From the NCBI GenBank assembly GCA_002269645.1, contig NIVC01000152.1:901176-965175 (forward strand): a stretch of DNA of 64,000 bases. Reading direction: 5' to 3'. Both the position numbers and the translations under genes were made by a program. This document shows, in pieces, positions 55,910 to 64,000 of this stretch (positions are counted from its first letter, which is position 1; every line of letters begins with the position of its first letter). Origin of the DNA: Macrostomum lignano. Its lineage: Eukaryota. Under the pieces are notes generated by a model. The model was given only the letters and a program-made list of their open reading frames with translations, was not told the DNA's origin and did not search any database.

Positions 55910-56770
55910 TCAGAAAGCAATCGGTGGCAGCGTCGGGGTCGTCCTCGTCGGAGTGTCTTCATCGTCATCGTCGTCGTAGTCGTCGTCGCAGGCAGCTGCC
56001 GGCAGGTGGCGAAGTTCGACTTGTCCAGCTGCGTCGCCGCAGGCCAGCCGACTGTCCTGGCAGACGGCCAGCGAGGTGATTGGCCGATGACGCGAGCCAA
56101 TCAGAATTGTTGCCGCCAATTCAGAGTTAGAGCGCCGATTAAAATCGGCAAAGCAGCGGACGGAGCCGTCGGAGCAGCCGACGAGAAGCCAACGGCTGAC
56201 CGTCTCCAGCGCGGCCAGACGGACTGGCTCGATCGGGCCAAGGAGGCGACGGGTGGACCAGCAGGCGGCAGCGGCCTGCCGCTCAGTCCGGCTGTGTACA
56301 AGCGCTGCACACTCGCTGAGGCTGCAGATCCAGCAGGAGTCTGGGGCTCGAATCGCTAGAACGGCACCAGCGCCGCAGCCATGACGCGCGTGGCTGCCCA
56401 GTGCGGCCAGCTCGCGACCGGTGCTCTCGTCGAACATTCTAATGGAGCCGCTGGCGCAGCCGATGATCAGCTGACGGTCGCGACTGTCAGCCGGCATCGA
56501 TTCCACCGCCGTGACGGCGTCGTTCAGGGCCGGCAAGCCGGTTAAAACAGTCGGCTTCGCCGGTGCCGCCAGATCGCAGGTGGCCAGCCGGCCGCCGGCC
56601 AGGCCCAGGTAAAGCCGGCCGTGGCTGGCCCGGGCTGCGCTAAGCTCCGACGGCAGACGCCACTGGGCCAGGCGGCGGCCGCTTCGAGCGTCGTGAAGCG
56701 ACACGACGCCGTTCGAAGCGCAGGCGAGCAGTCGATTTGGCAAGCCGTCGCACAGTGCCAGACAGATGAT

Positions 56771-56801
<31 letters not shown>

Positions 56802-59553
56802 TCGCGCTCGTCGTCTCCGCAGTGAAAGTCGGCCAGACGTCGCCGCGTTGCCAGGCAGAGAACAGCGCCGGTGCCGCTAGCCGAGCCGGTGTAGAGCAGC
56901 CCGTTGTGACTGACGGCGCTGAGTACTGGAGCTCCTGGATGAGCGTCCAGTCGGATTGGCCGCTTCGACGGACGATCGGCGGAGCTTTCAGCATCGGCGT
57001 CTGACGAAGTCGAGCCGCTGCCGCTCGTGGCGTGCAAATACTCACGCAAAGCCGCCGCGAACGCCGGATCGTCGCGCTGGGAGCGCCCGCTGCTGACCCG
57101 CCGGCGTCGGGGGCGTCGGTGACTTGTTGAGTTATTAACGTTGCTGCTGCCGCGGCCTGCGCAGGCCTCGTCGATCGGAAGCCGTGTCTCTGAGGCGGTG
57201 CGGCGGCTGATGCGCGCCTTGCCATCGTCGCCGGCGAGTGCAGCAGCCGATGCAGGTCGACTTGGCGGTTCGCGCGGCGCCGCCGACAAGACGTCGCTGA
57301 GCACCTCGGCCGGCGGCAACTCCGGCTCCGCGGGCTGGCATTGCTTTCGCGGCCGACGCCGGCCTTGTTGAACTTGCTTTGAAGGCGGCGGTGGCGGCTG
57401 CGAAAGCGCCGATAGTCGATCGAGGGTTTGCTGGATGAGATCGGCATCTCTGGGTGAGTCCACCGCCAGGGGGCCGCCTCCGTTAGCTGCCGAGGCTTCA
57501 GAGTCGTCAAGTAGGACGCGGTGTACCAGCGACTGACGCTGCACCTCGCTGCCGGATTGGCCGGTCTCTGCATCCGTTTCAAAATCGGCGGGGAACGACT
57601 GCTGCTGCTGCTGCGGCGGCGGCGGTGGCGAAGGCGACGCAGCGTTTTCAGTTTCACAGAAGTCGTCGCGTGCAAACCTCGCCGAAGAGGGTTCGCCTCC
57701 ATTAAGTACAGGCAACTCGAAGCAACCTGAAATTGGGAGACAAGGAACAGGTTCAGTAGTTTGATAAGATGGGGATGGCTGTCAAGGGAATCCGGTCGAA
57801 GGACTACTCAAGAAGGACAGGAAACTACGTTACTTGGAAATTTATATTTTCCTAGAATATGCAGATTTCTTATTGAAAAAAATACAACACGGAGAATGGA
57901 GGTTTTCCTTTTTTCAGCACTAGATTTGTCACTGCTTTTGATAGCAGGCGGACTCAATGTTTATGTTTTGATATGACTTGCCTTTTAGCTTATACTCGTA
58001 GCTGTATTGCTATTCGTGTAGAGATTTTTGTTAGGAAAAATAGGATTCTATGTTAATTCTATAGCCTATATCTAAGAAACGTAGTTTCCCGTCCAAATTG
58101 AGCAGTCCTTGGTGCTGTCATGAAAAATACTCGCAGCTTTCACTCACCTCTCAGAACGTCCACTCTGCGCTGCAGAATTTCTAGTCGCTTTTGTTGCAGC
58201 TGCAATATTAGTCGGGGAAACAAGTATGTACAGTTGCTTTATCTTGATCACATGTAGCTGTCAATATGCTCAATAACAGTGGCTCTGAATGCCTACAGAT
58301 CGTACCTCTTCACGCACGGCCTCCTCCGCCGCGATCTGCTCGTTCAAAGCCTCAACCTGCCGGCGCAGATCGGCAATTCGATCGTCAACTTCACCGATCA
58401 CGTCGTCAACTTGGTCGGCCTGCAGAGACAGCTCCAGGGCAGCCTGCATTCGCTCCACCTCCCGGCTGCGATGCGGCAGCGGAGAGGCTGTCCGGTCGCT
58501 CACCTCTGCCTCCTCCTCCGCCTCCTTCTGAACTGCCGCGTCCGCCAAGCCGTTGATGGCGGCCACCTCCGAGTCGGTTGACGCAGCCAGACGAGGCGTC
58601 GGCATCTGGCTGGCAAAGTCGAAACGGTCGGCGGTAGGTTTTTCCTCCTTGACTTCAACCGCTGCTGGTACCGACAGTTGTTTTGTCGCTGCCGAAGAGG
58701 TCGCCGTCTCGAGGTCCGTCTCAGTGGCCACAGCAGCGTCACGTGTTTGCCGCATCGTCGTTTCTTGGCTGGGGACGTCCCGAGCCGAGCGGTGCAGCAA
58801 CAATTCGGCGCCCGTAGCATCGGTCCGGCAGGTCTCCAGCGGGGTCACTATCAAGGTCTCCGTGGCGCTGTCGCAGCGCTCTCGCTGCCGTCGCCGCCGG
58901 TTGCTACTTCTATCGTCGCCGCTCCGGCTTGACTCAGCGGCCTCTACCGGCTCCACTTCCGCCTCGAGCTCATTGCGGTATCGCCAAGAGAAGCTACGAG
59001 CGTTTCTCTCGGCTTTCTCTCCCCGTCCGGCCCGTTCGGCGCGCAGTCTCGCCAGCTGAGCCAAGGCTTCCGCGAGCAGAGCGTCCGTGCGTGGATGCTC
59101 CAGCATTGGCGGCGGCGGCGGCGGCGGCGGTGGCGGTAGGGACTTCGCAGTTTTCCAAAGGGAGCCATAATACTCAGCTTCTCCTTCAGCATTTCTAGCC
59201 TCGAAATCATTGTCATTGTAACCCCGGTAGCCTCCACTACTGTCGTATTCTGCAACGGCAGAGCTCATTTCAGCCTTCTCAGCGTCGTCTTTAGCGTTGG
59301 TGTGGACGCCATCGCCGCCGCCACCTAATCGCTGTAAGTTTATTCGGTGAGCCGCACTCTGAATGTGTTCGACGTACTTCTCACTAGCTAGCTCAATTCC
59401 ACACACGAAACAGCGTTGTCTCTTAACTCCATCGTCTAATAATAACCTCGGACATTTTTCTGTGTGTTCTGACTGGCGAGAATGATGCTGCCACTTTTCT
59501 TGTAATAATGAATGTGGACCTGTAGAATCATTTTTGTAGACAATGGAATCCAT
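55910..59553 (-). CDS. ZNF106: ZNF106-like zinc-finger/coiled-coil/WD40 protein, 1038 aa (exons 59553-58306, 58199-58148, 57726-55910)
   Basis: C2H2 finger CFVCGIELASEKYVEHIQSAAHRINL resembles ZNF106 CRVCG..YAKHISGQLHKDNV. WD40 strands NGLLYTGSA, RLYLGLAGG and RQLIIGCASGSIRMFD parallel ZNF106 GNLLYTCSA, ILYAGLANG and KLLVVGSYDCTISVRD. A 52-nt middle exon reconciles phases 0 and 1 (3117 nt total). Confidence 0.8.
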
Positions 59554-59774
59554 GTGTCAGGACATCGGCCAGGCTGAAAAACAAATAATGCGTAATTTAA
59601 CAATTATAATTGCTTTTTATTTTTAATGGCTCTGCTTCATTTTTCTAAATTGAATACAAAAATAATACTAAAAAACTTTATGAGACTTTAAAGACGGAGA
59701 TCACCAGAGAATCATAATTAAAATAAACATCTAGGTGATTAAAAAGAAATAAAAAGGGCATCCAAAAATAATCG

Positions 59775-59960
59775 ACATTTTCAAATAATCGAAAATCATG
59801 AATATCTTGTAGTTATGACTATGTCCTTAACTCACAACTGAACTGAACCCACGCAGTAAAGAGTAAATAAGAGTTCGAAGAAAATCGGTTGAGCAGTTTT
59901 TTCTCTAATCGATCACTATCACATAGATACCGACAAACCATTTTAGTATATTAGACTATG
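59775..59960 (+). mobile_element. Possible Helentron-associated (HINE/DINE-like) element 3' fragment
   Basis: GAAAATCGGTTGAGCAGTTT ... GACAAAC ... TTTTAGTATATTAGA resembles the conserved 3' part of such elements. Confidence 0.4.
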
Positions 59961-62165
59961 TAAATGTTTAATGCACCAAAGCTGCGAAAAAATCATACTG
60001 AGTTCTAAAGAGCTATTTATGAGTTTGTGGAGTGTTATTAAAAATTAGCTATGGCTATTCGACGCAAACATTGCCGGTTGCCGATTTAAAATTAAAAATT
60101 AGATTTAAAAAATTTAGTTTACAAACGTTGAAATTTGTACCAACGCTTTATTTTATCTCTTCAGAAAACTTTAAGAAAAGTTTTACAACGTATTTAACGC
60201 ATTTTATTAAGTTTAATGAAACAAATTAGTGAAGAACTTATAGTATGATAATTAGCTAGGCAGATTTGTTTTTCTAATATATAGATTGCTTTGATCAGTA
60301 TGCACCGCGAATTTAAGTTTTATTTATTTCAGAATTATCGTGCAGCAACGCTTCCGGCACGGCACAGTGTGTATTAATATCGTGCATGCGCAATTTTTTT
60401 CTTATTATTATTAACTGGGGCTTATTACAACGTTGTGGAACATGTTTTCATTGCTCACGCTCAAACGACTTCAAATATCCATACTGTCAATATGCTGTGT
60501 AATTCTATATTACTACCATCTCTTTAGGCCTATTCAAATTGTCACGTGACTCCAGAAGCACCAATTAACGATTAAGGGGCGTGTCTTACCGTCTATTGTA
60601 ATAAATGTATTGCAATAAATGTATTACATATTTTGTACTGTAGCTTGTAACAAGTCTTTTCAATTTAACAAGCTAGACCTAATACGAATTGCATAGTTGA
60701 ATTGTGATGTTGATGTAAATGACAATGAATCATAGACATATATAGGCTACTCATAAATAATGGACTAGGCCTATGGCTATATAATCTTAGACCTAGGGCA
60801 GTATCTTTTGCCTAATTATATTTTCTGTAGTATAGGCTTTATTAACCATTTAATATTATGAATATCAAATATTAATAAAAATAAAACAATTCAGTTGCAA
60901 AGAAAATTAGGGATTTAGGTCTAGATATTTTTTAGATATATTTTCCATAGACTGTAGCTATATATTTAGCCTAGATATATCTATATATGCTACAAAAAGT
61001 GTATAAATGCATTAGTCTTAAATCTTTTAGATTGTCATAGATATAGTCCTACTATACTATATAGCATGTTTAAATTAAATGTTTGTTAAATATATGTCTT
61101 ATATTTATATATTTAATAATTTAAATGCCAATTATTCTAAATGTCAAATGTGTGAGCCTTTTAAAATTTCTTCTAATATATATACTTATACTTTATAGCT
61201 GTATTGTAATGATCTTATATATATAAAATAATTAAACTTAATTCTATTGATGATAAACATAAGTTGCTATTTGATAAAGATAATTATAATAGTTTTTTGT
61301 CTAATAGCAACTTATATGCATATATGTCAATAGAAATAGATATAAGTAAATCTCAAAGTTTTATATATTTATTATAATACTAAGCTTGACCAATTTTCTA
61401 AGGCTTTAACAGCTAGTAGCCTATGGAAAATAAGTTTTTAATTAGGAATATTACTAAGAATAAGATTGAAAAATTGAAAAAACTACTTTGGAAAAAGTAT
61501 AGTCTATTTTAATAAAAAAATTGTTTTAAATATTTTTTAAGCAAATTCGTTATCTTTTATTTAATTTATAATAGTTTTCTTTAAAATGTTTAAAATTATT
61601 AAGCCAATTGAAAACATTTGTTCTAATTTGCTAAAAATTAGAATTCTTAATGCTTTTATTATTTTTAATGACTTATAATGATAAGCTTTTATTCATTATC
61701 AAACTTACATTTGATCATTTAGATAATAAAATGAAGAGTAGATAACATTGCTTAGCACTAGGTAAAGCAAGTACTAAAATTGTTATTATTAGAAATACTT
61801 ATTGGCTTCTTAGTGGTTAATTAAATTTCAAGTTCCTATAAATGTGTTTAAAGCTAAAACAGATTAAGCTTTTTCTCAAATATCCTTGTTGCCAATCTTC
61901 CCAATCATTTTAATGTGATTTTGTCCTTTAGTACTCTGTTTCCAAATGCCATTTGTTGTCTTCAATGTATTCATTGTCTTCCTTGTCTTTAATGTTGACT
62001 ATTAGAAAACCCAGATAACAATAGTCTTAGCATTTGTTTCTTTACCTTGCATGTGCCAAGAGCACCCTAGGTTGTTAGTGAGGAGAGAGAAGTGTGAGCG
62101 TGAGTGCAGTGAGCGATATTTAAAACGGTCAGGGGAAAGACAAGAAAGTAAAACACCTTGAAAGA

Positions 62166-62750
62166 ATGAGTTCCGGTGGTGATTGTTACAACTGTGGCAA
62201 GCCAGGGCACTTTGCGCGCGAGTGTCCTCAGGGTGGCGGTGGTGGAGGCCGCGGTGGCTTCCGTGGTGGTCGCGGCGGCGCCGGCGGTGGCAGCGCCTGC
62301 TACAACTGCGGCCGTCCAGGTCACTTTGCCCGCGAGTGCACGGAGATGCCTGGCGGAGGCGGAGGTGGTGGCGGTGGCGGTGGCGGCACCTGCTACAATT
62401 GTGGCCGCCCAGGTCACTATTCCCGTGACTGCACTGATAGCCCTGGCGGCCCTGGCTTCGGTGGCGGCGGCGGCGGCGGTGGCGGCGGCGCCTGCTACAA
62501 CTGTGGTCGTCCGGGTCACTTTGCTCGCGAATGCCCCGACGGTCCCGACGGCAGAGGCGGCTTCGGCGGCGGCGGCGGCTTTGGTCGCGGTCGTGGTGGA
62601 CGCGGAGGCGGTGGCGGCGGGCCGCGCTGCTATCGTTGCAATGGCATTGGTCATATCTCTCGCGATTGCGACAGGCCACAGGCTGAGACCACCTGCTACC
62701 GGTGCAACAAGCCCGGTCACATAGCTCGCGACTGCCCGGACAACGCCTGA
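62166..62750 (+). CDS. CNBP: CNBP/GIS2-like CCHC zinc-knuckle protein with RGG/Gly-rich linkers, intronless CDS
   Basis: 194-aa ORF with six CX2CX4HX4C knuckles (CYNCG.PGH.AREC four times, CYRC twice). Confidence 0.9.
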   Translation: MSSGGDCYNCGKPGHFARECPQGGGGGGRGGFRGGRGGAGGGSACYNCGRPGHFARECTEMPGGGGGGGGGGGGTCYNCGRPGHYSRDCTDSPGGPGFGGGGGGGGGGACYNCGRPGHFARECPDGPDGRGGFGGGGGFGRGRGGRGGGGGGPRCYRCNGIGHISRDCDRPQAETTCYRCNKPGHIARDCPDNA

Positions 62751-63557
62751 AGGGAGTTTTTCCTGAAGGCTTCTTATGTAATGAAATTTTTATAAATTAG
62801 TAAGAATTAGCTCTGTATTGTAGCGATTTTATGTAAGTTGCGGTGGCGAAAACTGACAATGAGCTCCGAACTAGTAACAATAATGCATGTAAGAGCAATG
62901 AGATTTTAGAACAGCTCGAAAGCTGCCTTAATGACTGACTTCTTTTAAAAGTTTTTAGTACATATTGACAGTTAGCAAAACTAACTATGCAACCCATTAT
63001 TGATGTCTCTCCTAAACATTGTAAGCCAAAAAATCCCATTGATAAACTAGCGGGATACATACCAATCTAATTTAACTGGAATGAACTTTAAGTATTTGTA
63101 TTTTATCCTTTCTTCAATAAGGATTTTTCAACACGCTGCTGTTCGTGTTATTGTTTTCTTTCTACATATTTGTTAAGATTTCTACATCTGTTACGATCTT
63201 ATTGACTGACTGCTTAATAGTTTGCTTCCCATGTTTTAATTGGGCGTTGTTTGCTTAAGGCAGAAATTAGTGTGTGTGTGGCTCTTATTAGTTAATGTTG
63301 ACTCGGGCATGTCTAGCTCATGAGCTAAGGCCTTTTGTAAGTTAAAACTCATTCTGTTTTTATTATCTTACTCTCTTTTACGAGTATATTCTTAGTACTG
63401 CACTACTCAACTTATTGAAAAGCTAAGCCTTGAAACCAAATAAACTAATGAAGAAAGACAATTTAAAATCAAATTACTCCGGTATTTGGGTGTTCTGATT
63501 TAAATGTAATTATTTTTGTTAGTGAAACTGTTGGTTTAAATTAGTATAAATCTAATC

Positions 63558-64000
63558 GTAGCTTGCGCCCCTCTGTAGCTGGCGCTTCTTCCGTAGCTGG
63601 CGCCTCATCTGCAGCTTGCGCTCCTCTGTAGCTGGCGCTTCTTCCGTAGCTGGCGCCTCCTCTGTAGCTGGCGCTTCTTCCGTAGCTGGTGCTTCTTCCG
63701 TAGCTGGCGCCTCTGTAGCTGGCGCTTCTTCCGTAGCTGGCGCCTCCTCTGTAGCTGGCGCTTCTTCCGTAGCTGGCGCTTCTTCCGTAGCTGGCGCTTC
63801 TTCCGTAGCTGGCGCCTCCTCTGTAGCTGGCGCTTCTTCCGTAGCTGGTGTCCGCTCTGTAGCTGGCGCTCCTCTGTAGCTGGCGCCCCCTCTGTAGTTG
63901 GCGCCCCCTCTGTAGCTGGTACTTCTGTAGCTGGCGCCCCATCTGTAGCTGACGCCCCTATGTAACTGGCGCCGTCTCTGTATCTGGCGCCCCCTCTGTA
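63558..64000. repeat. 18-bp satellite (CTCTGTAGCTGGCGCCCC / CCGTAGCTGGCGCTTCTT), runs off the window
   Basis: Direct inspection; same family as 16409-17238, in the opposite orientation. Confidence 0.95.

Noticed and set aside
56101-59255. Antisense and alternative-frame ORFs over ZNF106 (also over SLC9B, CNBP, RPL17 and 37.7-39.0 kb)
   Set aside because: They are shadow ORFs of GC-rich exons, and the real frame is explained by a recognised protein or a phase-consistent model.

Overview
Eukaryotic (animal) genomic DNA. AT-rich, repeat-saturated intergenic and intronic sequence alternates with GC-rich exons. Exon style, the many long minisatellites and matches to a flatworm spliced-leader (SL) 3' end suggest a free-living flatworm such as Macrostomum (inference). 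I assembled these genes by hand from GT-AG exons with phase checks: kappaB-Ras/NKIRAS (partial, minus), NELF-E, ADF/cofilin (one apparent frameshift), intronless RPL17, a SLC9B/NHA Na+/H+ antiporter, a ZNF106-like zinc-finger/WD40 protein, a six-knuckle CNBP-like protein, and two or three uncharacterised genes. The rest is a dense mosaic of nested MITEs (several with exact target-site duplications), RTE LINE remnants, two tRNA-derived SINE families (one a CORE-SINE), mariner relics and about 15 different minisatellites. The most striking signal is at gene 5' ends. Several genes have a pyrimidine tract ending in TTGCATG or TTCATG where a trans-splice acceptor (..YCAG) would be expected. At cofilin a 14-nt exact match to the recalled Macrostomum SL 3' end supplies the start codon. 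This is either genomic SL relics/gene conversion or a systematic assembly-polishing artefact that marks trans-splice sites.
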